NCBI RefSeq assembly: GCF_006345805.1
Contig: NC_043010.1
Span: 40,796,001-40,860,000, forward strand
Reading direction: 5' to 3'
DNA length: 64,000 nucleotides
Source of the DNA: Octopus sinensis
Taxonomy: Eukaryota
The position numbers were made by a program, and so were the translations under genes. The notes under the pieces are model-generated. The model saw only the letters and a list, made by a program, of their open reading frames with translations. It ran no database searches and was not told where the DNA came from. Of the stretch, positions 26,717-40,632 are shown piece by piece. The first letter of the stretch is position 1. Every line of letters starts with the position of its first letter.

Positions 26717-27231
26717 TGTTTATGCTATTGTCCTTGATCTCAGAGAGATTGGAACTGAGAACAAGCAGATACTAACCAATTATCTCAAGACATTTAATTC
26801 CACGATCTGTTTTCTATTTTCTACCGTCTACCTATTCTTAACATTCTGACAATAATCGACAGAATAAGCGTGTTCGATTTAGGAACACTAACACGTATTG
26901 TTCGTCTATTATTTTTCACTCGTGGTTATATCAATTATTAATGCGTTCGCGCATGCGTGGCCCTTAGAATGATTTCTTTGTATGTGTGTCTGTGTGTGCG
27001 TGAATTTGCGCATGCATGAATGCATATTACTCTTACCGTGTTTACGTAGTATTATGTGGATGTAATGTAATTTCCACAGAATATAATCAGTTTTACGTAA
27101 ACTGCAGCGAACTTAACATCAGCTAACATTAGTCTTGTCATATCTCACGAGAAACTCATCGCGTTACATTCGCACCTCTTTTGTCATCTTATCCATCCAT
27201 CTGTCTTTCTCTTTTGGATTCGATCTCCCTA

Positions 27232-27273
<42 letters not shown>

Positions 27274-28075
27274 CTATCTCTCCGTCTATCTCTCTCTCTC
27301 GAGCTATCTCTCTACATATCTCTCTAATTATTTATTTCTTCATTTACCTATAAAGCTATGAGTCTCGGTATATATGTGTCTTTGAAGAAAGATAGCAATG
27401 ATTCTGTCTCTCTATATATCTTGTAATTTAGGTGCCGATCTGCTAATACTATCTCTCTCATGCTCTTTCTCACACTCTCACATTCCTCTACTTGGCCTCA
27501 GTGTGTCATTAGGCACCAAATTTATACATTCCTACATCTCCTATATTTCTTACATATGTCCACAGCCTGTCAGTATTACCATTCACAAGTCTCTCCTTGA
27601 GCTGGTCGTTCTCCTTTTGGCCTTGTCACAGGTGTGATATAGACGTTAGGCCGCTCGATCGAGGCGAAGCAATAGTGGTTTAGCCAGCTGATTTCTACAC
27701 ACGAAGACCAAATTCTACTTGAACGAATCTAAGTTCCTGAATTTGCTTATCACTCGTTGCTTTGACTTTTCTGTTGTGTAATGGTAGTATAACAAACTCG
27801 ATAAATAACTTGCTAGTATTCGTAGTATATGAGGGGGCGGGATGATGCAATCTTATCTAAAACAATTTATTTAAACAAATCTTAGATTAGAATAGCTATA
27901 ATTCAAATGTTTATGAATTAATTTTTGTCCGTGCGTTTAATCTCCTAGTGATTGCGAATGCGGTGATAACGTTTGATCGTATAATCGTCTGACACACATA
28001 CAGACGCATAGCGTGTGTGTGAAATACATATGATATATATCTATCATATAAATATATAAAAGCATGTATGTGATA

Positions 28076-28125
<50 letters not shown>

Positions 28126-28176
28126 ATTGGTGAATTGAAGAAATGGAGCTGAACGCAGATTGAACAGAAATCGTTT

Positions 28177-28270
28177 TATTTCATTCTACACGTGTTTCGA
28201 AAGGCACAAATTACCAAAATCCGATTGAATAATGGGACCATATTGTGTCTTTCTCTTCAGGAAGAAAATA
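28177..28270 (-). ncRNA. Minimal type-I hammerhead ribozyme motif (Penelope-like terminal repeat)
   Basis: Minus strand: TATTTTCTTC-CTGAAGA-GAAAGACACAA...TTGTGCCTTTC-GAAAC-ACGT-GTA-GAATGAAATA. Core CUGANGA/GAAA, stem II 10 of 11 bp, palindromic stem III ACACGTGT, GUA cleavage triplet, stem I TTC/GAA with extension. Confidence 0.8.
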
Positions 28271-28520
28271 GGAAATCCGTTGGAAAAACAAAAACAGAAC
28301 AGAGGCGGAGCAAAACAAATCGAACTATGCTCCTAAGAGCCCATGGCGAACTGTTTATCAGTGTATGTTGAGAAACGGTGGCTGAAGAATTTAACGGGTC
28401 AGGCATCGGTCAATCATGTGGGTGAGGGTGTGTGGGTGTTCTTTGTGACCGAGAATAAAGTTCTGACTATTTAAGGAATATTGGATGTTTTATAAGGGGC
28501 GAGAAAAATCTACTTAGAGA
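28270..28520 (-). mobile_element. Probable Penelope-like element 3' region upstream of the hammerhead
   Basis: GC-richer unique segment contiguous with the ribozyme. Minus strand encodes ILQPPFLNIH*, weakly like the P-x-LN end of PLE GIY-YIG ORFs. Confidence 0.35.
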
Positions 28521-29037
28521 CGTGTGTGTGTGTATACTGTTCTATATATGTGTGTGTTGGCGTAGGGGTAGAAAACATTTTTTGTGTACGTGTGTGCGTT
28601 TGAGCGTTCGGCTGTCAGTGGCTACTGCCGCGAGAACCGTTGGGTGCAGAAAAAAAATATATATATATTATGTTTATGTGTGTGTGTGTTCATCTAAGCC
28701 TGCCTTGTCAAGGAACCCCCCCGCTGTGAAAAAACCAAGCCCCGTTTGTCTTACAGGAGTAATTCCCCTTGCAGTGGTTAATCGTAGATATCTTAAAGGC
28801 TATTTCAGAATTTGTTACCAAGGGCTATGGGTGCCGGTATTATTTATAAACGCTATTTAAAAGCCAGATAAGTGTAACGTGGCTTTTAAATAGGTGGGAT
28901 TATATATATATAAGAGAGAGAGAGAAACAGAGAGATAATATATTTACATATATGCATTTATATAGTGTATTTATAAATACATTGTGTGTGTTTGTGTATG
29001 TCCGATGCCTATATATATGTATATATATATATATGCA

Positions 29038-29081
<44 letters not shown>

Positions 29082-31286
29082 TGCATACACTCGTATATAT
29101 ACACGAGTGAAAGAGCGTGTGTAAGAGAGAAAGAAAGATCTTATGCGGTACATGCAAGAGAAAACGAACTCGTTTTTTAGTATGTGCATAAATCAACTTC
29201 TTCGGCATCCGAACTTTAAAACCTAACAAACCATAAATCCTGAAACATTTAATTAACTGCAATATTTATGGAATCTATCTGAGTTGTCAACAATCAAAAT
29301 TAACAATAAAGCAATAATTTTGAAGCTGCCTCATTAAAATTTCACCTTAAACTCTGATTAATGAAGTTCCAATAAACAGCAACTACAGGTGATGTTTAAA
29401 AATCTTTTCAACTCCTGCATAAAGGGCAGACAAGTGGTGGGAGTGCATACCTGTTCGATTTGAAGAACAACAGAAGAAAGTGGGAGACAGGCATGCACGC
29501 TGGTTGGTTGGTTTGTTGGTTTGCTGGCTGACTGGTTGGCTGGTTGGTTGGTTGTGATAAACTACTTTCTGTAAAACGTTGTGTAATTTTGGCTTCATAA
29601 GTGAACAGAAATTCGTCATTTGAGAAACAGGAGAGAGTATTTACTGGGCCAAAGCCAATAGGTGGGATTTGAAGTCAGTTCTGTAATACGAGAATCCACG
29701 ACCTATTTACTCTGATTAGGTATAGTCATAACTAGTCGATCGATGGGACAGGGTGTCATGTATCTGTAAGAAGACCCTCAGCAATGGAACCTCTTTAGAG
29801 CCAAGCAAACTAGGTCACTGAGATTTAAGCTACTTTCACCACTATACAGCGCAGTTCTTTAGCTCAACCCGAAACACCAACCTTTCAAAACTTCGATCGA
29901 TAGCTTTATTGATTAAATTGTATTGCTTCAGCAGATTAACGAAATTCATTTTCCATTTGACTTTCTTTTGTTTCTTTTTTTTAAATAAAAAAATAAAACA
30001 AGAAAGTTGGCAGTGTCTATGACTATTTGGATATTCTTCGATAGTAACAGAAAGGGAAATAACACGAAGTTCTAGATGCATGTAATAAGTGGGTGTGTTA
30101 AAGACACCCAACGGATACATTGTAGTGTTTATTCAGTCCAGTCAATTATAGCTACCACCTAAGATCTGTAGTAATGCTGTTAGGTTTCTGGAGTGTTTCG
30201 TTCATGCACAAGCCTTGGATCGGCGGGAGAAGCCACATTTCCTATGTGCCATATAGTGGTTCCAAACTTGAAACTTCTTAATCATGTCGTTATGTATGTG
30301 CCTGTTATCCTTATGTGTTTTTAGATCTTATCATCTTGTTAAAGCCAAAAATTGTAAAAAGGTACTAACAGCTTAGGTGCAAATATGTTATGAAAAGTTT
30401 GTGTCTAGTGAGAATCATTACGTCAATTTTAGAAACACGCGCACTGGTTCAATTCCACTTCTTTATTATTAGTTCTTTATTATTGTTTAATCACACGAAT
30501 TCACATAAAGAATCTTGCAAACAGATTCAAAAACGAAATCATGTGAAAAGTTAATATATGCAAGCTAAAGATGCAGCTAGTTTAACTTATATTCATATAA
30601 TCAAAATATGCCTCCATTAAAGCATCAGCGATGTAAAGCATTATATGGGTGAGAAACTGAAATCTTCACACACCAAGGTGATATGTACTTTACAAATAAA
30701 ACAAATAACAATAAATACTAACAGATAATATAAATACCAATTTGAGCAAAAATAGCAACAGACTCACTAACACGACCAGATGTCTGTATTTACTACTTAC
30801 TGGGTGATCACATTGGAGATTATCAGTTCTACTGCAGAATTCTTGCTAATCCATTTTCTAAATTTAGCTACAATAAATTGTTTCTTCGCTTTTAATTATA
30901 CAAACTGATATTTTCATAATACCATATTTCACTTGACGCTACTCGGATAGGTTATGTTCCTAATACGTAAGGTAATAAGTGTCCCCCAGCATAGTTCAAT
31001 GTTTACGATGTGATGTGAGTCCATAAATTATGGGCACAAGTTATGGACACAAGCATGGATACATGCATTAAAGAATGTGATGAATATAGGCAATTTAAAC
31101 AGGTTGCTAAATCGGGTTATTATCAATAGATGACTGGTGATTTCAAATAAGGCGTGTGACCGTGAGCTACAAGAATTAGCAGCTGAAACTGGATCAAAAT
31201 TCGGCTTACAACGAGCGTACGCCTGAAATGTTAAAATATCCAGCATTTAACTACACACACATACACACACACACACACCCACACAC

Positions 31287-31336
<50 letters not shown>

Positions 31337-31389
31337 ATTGATTGATTCTAGTTTCAGCTCATGAGCTGTGGCCATGCTGGGGCACCGCC

Positions 31390-31420
<31 letters not shown>

Positions 31421-33630
31421 GAGACACACACATTCGTGTGCACTCAGAGGTGGAAAGACCTTCGCTGCGGAAAACTATCTCGCAAGAGAAATTCTCCTTA
31501 TAGACTATTTGTGACAACACGCCATTGTGCTATGATGACGTTATCGGACCGTGGTAGACCCCGTCATTACTCTCCATCAGCTAGGGACACCGAAACTATT
31601 TTATACACACACATATAATATAAATTCATTTAGAGATTAAAATAACTTCATTAAGGGATATTATCATTCAATGAATTACTGGTTGAATACCAAATATTTG
31701 TGGTGAATAATTATATTCAAAGAACACTAAGATTATATATAAATCATGGTTTATAATCATTTCAAAAGAATGCAATAAAATAGAGAAAAGAACTTTCTTT
31801 TGGAATTTTTATTAGATGCTATATCTCCATTTTCTTACTTTCTGACACATATATATATATCCATCGTTTGGATAATTACTACTTCCGAGTTTCTGCTCTC
31901 GCTATGAAACATATGTAGTTTTATCAACTTCATCTCCAAACTTTGGATTTCTATTCGCATACTCAGCAAGCCCTGCTGCTAATCGTAGGCTATAAAACAA
32001 CTTTTTTCAGCATGTCGAACTTCGATACGAGAAAAACATTACAGCTTTCCACGTCAGTAAACTACAACTGTTCCTGAAACTTGTTTTTCATACCGTCTAC
32101 GGGCTGCTCGAAGCTTACTGTCTTCCTACACCTTTATCTTTGGACCTTACCTTTACTTCTATATATATATATATTTAAGTATCAGCCAATATTTCATGGT
32201 CCAACCGCTGCTACCTAGAGTTTTATAGTTTGCCCGTTTGTCTGTGTTTTGTGCATATATTCTAGTTAGATTAATCGGCCGAGACATTGAAGGACCTGTA
32301 AATTGTAGGGGCAAAGGATTCTCAGAATCAACTCTGCAAGTTATTTAAGAAATTTAAGCGATTCACTTGTATTACTGACAAGCTGTATGTAGCATTTATT
32401 GTCTCTGTGAAGTCTTATCACTGAATATTTGGGTTACGTTTGATTATCTTATGCTGAAATACTGACAGAATCCATTAATTCTCATCAATATTTTCGTAAA
32501 TCTGTAATTGGATCTGTTGCTATTAAATCAGAGGTTTTGTTTCTATTTGCTTTTTAATGTTAGGTGAGCAAGATGACATTTAACCTGAGATGTGTCTGCA
32601 GTACCAAGTGTTCTGACTTTCAGCATGGCTTCCATTTATATTATGATTGCCCATGTAATTGATAGCCGAGCAGATTGTGTTCGATGATTTGGTTATCCGC
32701 AAGACACCACAGGACATATATGAAGTCATAACAGAATCTTTCAGCTGGAAAAATTCCATCACCAGGAGAAACAATTAGCGACAAGTGGACGCTCGGCTAG
32801 CAAGAAATAGCAACTAAATAAATCTGAAACTACATAGAACCCTCTTGAAAAGAGATAAATTGAACAATGTAATCTTAGATAGATAACAGACAGAATGATC
32901 ATATCTGGAATACTTTTTATCAAACTTTTGCTGAATCACAATTAGCCTGGAGTTACAATTCCAAGCTTAATAGATTTAATTTACATTCCAATATAACGGA
33001 ACATGTTCTTCTCTATTCCAATTCCAAGCTACATTTAATAGAAAATATTTACATTGATATTTGGTCCTACTTATTAATGGAATTACTTACTGCAGCAGCA
33101 TGTTGAAGATTTATACATCATTTTCAATATCTACGTTCACCTAAGTAAGATAGACTTACGGAGTTAAATGGTAATACACCATCACTGACAATACAAACCG
33201 CTGATTCATTTGCTAGTCGTTCGGTATTTGAAATAGTTGGTGTTCTAGTGTGCTGCGTTACGAACTATTTATGTAGGAATTTAGACTTCTGAACTGCACA
33301 ATCCCATAAAACAAATTTAAGATAGGTAAAATAGTTACTAATTAGACTAAAGTATTCAGATTTAGTACAAAAGAGTTACTGATTAAGCTAAAGGATGAAA
33401 CAGTTATAAATTGGAATACAAAGGGTTTAAGACGACATACTTTAAATAAGTGAGTGTTCACACTAATGGTAAAATCCTGCATAGGTGGAGATGTGTCGCT
33501 TAGTGGTGTTGAACTCATGATCGTAAAATTATGGTTTCGATGTCTGGTCTGGGTGATGAGTTCGGGGGGGGGGGGAGCAAAACACTTCAATTCACGTTTA
33601 CTCAATCCCACCCAGCTCCGAAAAATGAAT

Positions 33631-34015
33631 AGGCGCAGGAGCGACTGAGTGGTAAGTAGCTTGCTTACCAACCACATGGTTCTGGGTTCAGTCCCACTGC
33701 GAGGCCCCTTGGGCAAGTGTCTTCTGCTATAGCCTAGGACCATCCAAAGGCTTGTGAGTGGATTTGGTAGACGGAAACTGAAAGAAGCCCATCATATATA
33801 TGTATGTGTTTGTGTGTCTGTGTTTGTCCCCTCAACATCGCTTGACAACCGATGCTGGTATGTTTACGTGCCCGTCACTTAGCGGTTCGGCAAGAGACCG
33901 ATAAAATAAGTACTAGGCTTACAAAGAATAAATCCTGGGGTAGATTTTCTCGACTAAAAGTGGTGCTCCAGCATGGCCGCAATCAAATGACTGAAAGAAA
34001 TAAAAATAGAAGAAT
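33631..34015 (+). mobile_element. SINE family B, full length
   Basis: Complete head, microsatellite core and tail. Appears nested in an older CORE-like SINE head (~33485-33625). Confidence 0.9.
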
Positions 34016-34771
34016 AAACGAATAAATCCTGTGACCGACCGGCATCCTGTTCAGTTGGGAATATAGAAACCAGGAAACCGATCTTATGAATCTGTTTTTG
34101 TTCAGGAAGGAGCTTTATTGTTTTTTAAGTCCTACATAGGTATTATAGCGCATAGGAGACAATCGACCAATTGAGGCTAGTCATTTCAGTAGTAAACAAA
34201 AATACTCTCTGGGGTGTTTAAAATTTAAAAGTCTCAAATTGGGAAGATAACACTCAATAATACAAGCAAATGAAAAATTTGAGGGGTGAGGAATGTCTAT
34301 ATTTCAGCGAGTCTTATATTTAAAAACCAGTGAGAGAAAAAAACGAGCATGTATTAGGTAAAATGATGCCCCCCACTCCTCTGAGAAAGATGCTGTGACC
34401 CAATAAAATCGGCTAAATGATTTTAATGTGTCTGATAATTCTATCAAGACTAATGTTGAAGAAAGGAATTGAAAAGATGTTTCCACGTCAGTTAATCACC
34501 CTCTGCCCACCCCCAACCACCATTTCCCTCCATAGCCACGATAATGAAATTCAGACATAAATAGAATGGGGGAAAATACAATGAGAGTAATTCTCACAAA
34601 AATTACACGTAAACATCATTTCATGTTCAACTACATAAATAATAATTATCGCACACATACATGCACGTGCGTGCAAACCACCTACACGAAGATACACTTG
34701 CACGCCAAAAAATGCGGGGTGAACATATATGCGTTTATATGTGGAAGTATATATACAGATACATATATATA

Positions 34772-34830
<59 letters not shown>

Positions 34831-35574
34831 AGTTCATGTTTGTACGAGCATATATACACACATACATATATACATAAATATGTCAGATAACAAGAAATGC
34901 CTAGCAACTGCGGAGTTTTAATATCCGTTTGAAATGGAGCTTGAACACGAATAATTATGCCGAGTTGGATGATGTTAATGATGATGATGATGATGATGAT
35001 GATGATATAGCGAGAGTGGTTGATGCCGGGAAGGATTATTATTATTATTATTATTATTATTAACGTCATCGACATTCGTGCGAAGACAAAAACCAAATAA
35101 AAATTAGGCAGACAGCTGAGAGAAAGGTGAAGCGATGGAAGACGTCTTTGAAACACGTAAAGACAGAAGAAAGAAAAGCGTCATAAAACATGTAGGTGTG
35201 AAAACCAGCTATTCATCATTTTAGTGCATGTATATTACACTTATATATGTGAACTAAATACACACCTACATGTATACATACACGTGTGTGTGTGTATGTG
35301 AATCTCCATACAAGCGTAGGCTTAGTTGCATGGTTTAGAAAATATCACTTTCTTAGTGACATCTACGAGAAGCTGTACAGAAGCCGTCTATGTGTGCGTT
35401 CGTTTGTCATCAATTAAATACATGTGCGTTTGTGTGTGTGATGTTCATTACTGCTGTAAAGGGATAGGTAGAATCGCCCCTTTATGGTAGCTAGAGATTC
35501 AATGAAAAGGACTATCGAAACCGCTAGTAAACTGAAATACACAGTTTTAGATTCTGGCCAAGTTTGGGGGCTTG

Positions 35575-35990
35575 GGGTCTTTTCGGTTTGAACGGCAGTT
35601 TTAACATAATTTCTAGGTAACTAAAACATTTTAAACTTCGAATACTGGTAGAATGTGTTTATAAAACATCTTTTTTGTCTTGGTTTTATTGAGAAAATTC
35701 TATAGTTTGTATGATATTTGTTGTTTTTTTTCTTCAATTTCTGCAATTTCAACCAATCACTGACGTGTATAGAGGTAAAAAAAGCATTCTGTGCCGTATG
35801 AATATGTCCCTCGTTTAAGAAACTGATTGGGTTTATTTACGTTTGTGAAGAAAAAAAGAAACCCTAACCCTAACTAACCCTAACCCTAAAACAGATTGAA
35901 ATGCAATAGATCGATACTAGGGTCATAATTATGGGTGACAATTTCATATGACACCGCTAGAAAAAACTGCCGTTCAAACCGAAAAGATCC
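35575..35990. mobile_element. MITE, ~28-bp TIRs, 8-bp TSD (Merlin-like termini)
   Basis: TIR GG(G/A)TCTTTTCGGTTTGAACGGCAGTTTT / AAAACTGCCGTTCAAACCGAAAAGATCC. TSD GGGGCTTG at 35567-35574 and 35991-35998. Internal (CCCTAA) tract. Confidence 0.85.
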
Positions 35991-36287
35991 GGGGCTTGCC
36001 TTAAAAGTTTAAGTGCAGTGCTTAAACACGTTTGAGCTAACGCCTCAACGCCCCCTTGCTACGATTCAACACAGCGTCCTTTTTCTCGTGAACTTAATCA
36101 TAATATAGGGCCAAAGCAATATAGTTCTGGGTATTGGCATCCTTTGAGTGACCACTTACCATCACATAAGTCTCTACTATAAACAAATCATTGATGCATC
36201 GCCGCCCAAAGTAAGTTATAGAATTAATCTTTAGAACGTGGCTTCATACTCGAGCGCGTATTCTTTGTGCTTCGTATATACCTATTT

Positions 36288-36514
36288 CTTTATTACCCAC
36301 AAGGGGCTAAACACAGAGAGGACAAACAAGGACAGACATAGGTATTAAGTCGATTACATCGACCCCAGTGCGTAACTGGTACTTAATTTATCGACCCCGA
36401 AAGGATGAAAGGCAAAGTCGACCTCGGCGGAATTTGAACTCACAACGTAACGCAGACGAAATACCACTAAGCATTTCGCCCGGCGTGCTAACGTTTCTGC
36501 CAGCTCGCCGCCTT
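36288..36514 (-). mobile_element. SINE family C (tail type 1)
   Basis: Near-consensus copy; TSD TATATACCTA on both sides. Confidence 0.9.
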
Positions 36515-39039
36515 ACTATATATACCTACGTAGCTCTGGTTTAGCTCATCATAACGAACCTACTCCTTACGTTTTCGTACATTCTGGTTATTTTGTGGAT
36601 TCTGTTTGCTAGAATTAAACATTTTACTATTTTCAGTATTATACATTATTTCAGGTTATTCTACAGCTAATTACGAAGCCGAGTTTCAAACACGTGTAAT
36701 TATACAATCAATAACAAGATATACGACACTAAGTCTAGAAACCAAGGCAGTAGCCTGTTCTATACAAGCACTTGTGGTGGGTATGACTATCATTTCAACT
36801 CCATAGTTTAACAAGCAGATGTTAACACTTCGCTCTGAAATGTAGAAATTCTTGAGAATAAAAAAGCGAAAGACTCTAAGCTGTGTGATGCAAATCGCAA
36901 ATATACATTTAAATACGCAAATTAGAGGAACACTGCCGCCTTATCGAATACGAGTAGGAATACAGGTGAAACCCGTTAAATTGAAACTGTTATATTCTAT
37001 GAAAAAAAGAAATGCAATAAAATAAAATAGAACGTTTTAAATTAAACAGATCTGCTGAAGTGGAAGACTTAATTATTATGTGTCGTAATGAAAATAAATT
37101 TGATTCAACTATAATAAAACAATCGAAGCGGATTAAGATGCCAGATTAAACAATCACCGTGTAAGAAGTTTATCATCTCAGAACCCGGATGTAGTCAACT
37201 GGAAGCTAGTAACCCAATGTCCCGTTAGTGCAGTATCGTCTGATAGAATCAGTCCTTATAAACAGCTTCTATTGTCTGAAGATTGCTTCCGCTAAGAAAC
37301 CTTCAGGTACAGGGTGTTAAATAGGCAGGAAAAATACAGGAAAATTTTAATACAAAAGTATCGACTGCTATCCAGTATACAAATCTTTCAACCTACTTAT
37401 ATATACATTTGTACGTGTGCATGTATACACGAACTTTTATACTCGTGTGTGAATGAATCTGTGTGTGTGTGTGTGTATACATCTGTGTATGGGCATATAC
37501 GTGTGTGTATGTGTTTTTTGTTATTCAGTTTTATTAAAGATATCTTATCAATAGAGAAGGAGCCGGTTTCTAACCTTGATCTAAGGCTCCTGCAATGAAA
37601 TTTCAACATCAACAAAGTGCCTGTATATATGGTTGTAAGTATGCATAATGCATTTCTTAAGTGTTGCTTGACAAATAATTTTATACAATTTTATTTCGAT
37701 GTGTAGATATATGTGTTTAATATATATTTCTCTAGTTTACAGAAGTGTGTGTGTGTGTGTGTGTGTGTGTGGTATATTTATCGAATTGTGTGAGTGTTGT
37801 TATATATTTGTGCGCAAACATCAATTCTGCTCTGCTTTTTCCTATTGTGAACATGTAATGTTGTCAGAGATGGATATCGCTTACACACCTTCGCTACATT
37901 GCACTAATTTATAACATTTTTTTTTACCGATTTTCCTAATTTTTTTAACGGTTTACCTACTTTAATTATTTTATTTATTTTTTTTACGTATCTGTATTGT
38001 TCAAATATGAATGTGATACGTTGATATCGATAATAAATGTAGGAACATCACGACGGGAGAGACAGGAAGAGAAAACTGAGAAGGGCGATCAGAGAAAAAT
38101 CATTATTTTTTGTGCTATGCTAAAAACTACAGTAAAAAGATCTACAGATTATTGTATGAATGCACATACACACACACATATATGCGCGTATGTGTGTATA
38201 TTCATATTTATGTATGAGTTAATATGTGTATTCGAGTATATTTGTGCATATATAAATTTTTTTTAAATATTGTTATATTGAAAGCACAGTTATGTTCGAA
38301 TTCCTTCTTGAATACAATATTCTCTTTTTTTATATATTAATACGTTTCTTTATCTGTCCTTTATGTTTAGTGTGTAACCATAAATAAAGTTCATCGACGT
38401 TTCAGCATTTCTAGACCCATGTCTTCCTTTCCAGTTGAGCTGACAGATTGTGTCAATTTTTTAATCAACATTTTTTTTTTACTCTAAGCAGAATAGACCA
38501 TTGTAACTATATTGCTACTCATGATTTTTCCATGTTTAAATAGATAGTTAGATGCAAATATACATATAGACATATAATTATTTGGATTTTGGATATATGA
38601 CTAGTAGTTTGCCGATTAAAGCACTTTCGGCGTTTAGGTTACCTCGTGTCATCCATAGTTGCGATATAATTGTCACTGGATCTACGTCAGGAATTCCGCA
38701 GTGTTCGTTGAGTTTATAATGAGAGAAAAAGAAAATGGATTTAGCAAGAATATTCAACATTACGATCATTTCGACCCACTCTGTATCTGTCCCTTATGGG
38801 TGGGATGTTGTACATCTAGTTGTGGCGCCTCCGTCGATACAGGCTGCCTCTTCGGGCGTCGGGTGTAAATAAAATGTGTTACTACTTATGCTGAGTTTCG
38901 CTTGGCATGTTGTGGTTGCCCGTAGCATGTTGGGCGACCACAACACACACAACAAGTAAACTGTGACATTCAACGGAGACTAAGAAGCTATGCCCAGCAA
39001 AATGTGAAACAGCAGGCGTTCTGAAGGCAAGCGCACGCT

Positions 39040-39470
39040 GGAATTCATCCCGTCATATTTGAACAAGGTCTTAGGCTCTGTTGAGATGGCTATGTGAAGC
39101 TGCCGGGGAATGTGGTTAATCCTTGACTGGAGAGGGTTGCTACAAGAAGGCCATATATGTGACAGCAGGATTCGGTTTTTTGCCTTATCTCCGGAAAAAA
39201 GTCAGAAGTGGTTGTCAAAAAACACTTCTTCATCTGACCCAGTTTCTTTCCGTTTAATTACCCCGATTGTGATCCCATGTATTAATGTGTTAGACGCAGG
39301 CGGAAAAGACGCAAACCGCTCTGCCTGAAACAGCAAGGCCAAACTGATAGCCAAAATCAAAGAGATGTTCAAACACCTTCACAAAGACACAGTAAAAAAG
39401 GCATGCTGCAGTCCGCTGCAGTCAGTCTTGAGGTTGCGGTGAAACCTGTGTGTGGCAACTTTGAGTAAAC
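39040..39470 (+). pseudogene. Tc1/mariner transposase C-terminal relic, maT (DD37D)-like
   Basis: PVIFEQGLRL..DGYVKL..VVNP*LERVATRRPYM*QQDS...SQKWLSKN...PDCDPM...KLIAKIKEMFKHLHKDTVKKAC...GNFE*. Spacing from QQD to the third acidic position is about 37, blurred by frameshifts. Confidence 0.75.
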
Positions 39471-40235
39471 TGTTGTCTCCCAGTCATAATCTAGTTGATA
39501 GCTTTTATTTTTTTAATTTACAAATCCATGCAGATAAAGAGTGCCAGCTCATCACTTCACCAGAACATCGTGGTTACACCAAAGATTCAACTCCGAGTGC
39601 AGTTGAAGCATTGGAGTAACCATGAAGTTCCGGTGATCTGATGAGCTAGATTTCTTTGCCTGCGTTTATTTGTAAATATACAGTTGTATTGTATAATGCA
39701 AATCACTCATATTAGTGCAGACATATAAACATAATTTATCAAGCACTGAAATTATTAATACATGAAGTATACGAAACGGCCGTAATCGTAAGGATGGCAA
39801 GTGTTCAAATAACTATAATAACCTTTCATACGTTCTGACCTTATATTGTTTATATACTGATCATCAAATAATTATATTGATCGTATCTCCTGGATTTCAG
39901 TTGCATTATACTCCGCTGTATCGGATTACTTTGTGGTCTGACAGCCGAGTCTGCTAGAGGAGCTTTCTGTGAAAGCAACACGATTCTATGAATCCATATA
40001 TTTGTATTACATTATAAAATAGATAGATAGATAAATAGATAGACACTCACAGATGTATGGCTACATGTACATCAGAAGTGTATTTTTATACCTCCACATA
40101 CACTCACATATATATAGGTAGATGTATAATAAAGGCGTACTTGAGTATCCTGTGACAAGTTAGTTTGGAAGTATGTTTTTACCATTATGGGCAATATTAG
40201 GAAATATGGTTAAGATACAATTATATAATCTAATT

Positions 40236-40632
40236 AGTGGAGGCGCAATGGCCCAGTGGTTAGGGCAGCGGACTCGCGGTCGTAGGATCGCGGTTTCGAT
40301 ACCTAGACCAGGCGTTGTGAGTGTTTATTGAGCGAAAACACCTAAAAGCTCCACGAGGCTCCGGCAGGGATGGTGGTGATCCCTGCTGTACTCTTTCACC
40401 GCAACTTTCTCTCACTCTTACTTCCTGTTTCTGTTGTACCTGTATTTCAAAGGGCCGGCCTTGTCACTCTCTGTGTCACGCTGAATATCCCCGAGAACTA
40501 CGTTAAGGGTACACGTGTCTGTGGAGTGCTCAGCCACTTACACGTTAATTTCACGAGCAGGCTGTTCCGTTGATTCGGATCAACCGGAACCCTCGTCGGC
40601 GTAACCGACGGAGTGCTTCCATCCATCCATCC
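40236..40632 (+). mobile_element. SINE family A
   Basis: Full body, (CCAT)n tail, TSD ATATAATCTAATT. Confidence 0.92.

Noticed and set aside
30801-30867. Possible 67-nt minus exon (KFRKWISKNSAVELIISNVIT) with CCA|GTAAGT donor
   Set aside because: Weak acceptor, short, no recognisable homology.
34551-35156. 201-aa ORF and similar YI/CV/TH/poly-I ORFs throughout the track
   Set aside because: Translations of (TA)n, (TG)n, (ATT)n and (GAT)n microsatellites.
37250-37300. Possible phase-compatible terminal exon on minus (acceptor CTGAAG at 37301)
   Set aside because: Good pyrimidine tract, but an AAG acceptor and only 16 codons before a stop; no independent support.
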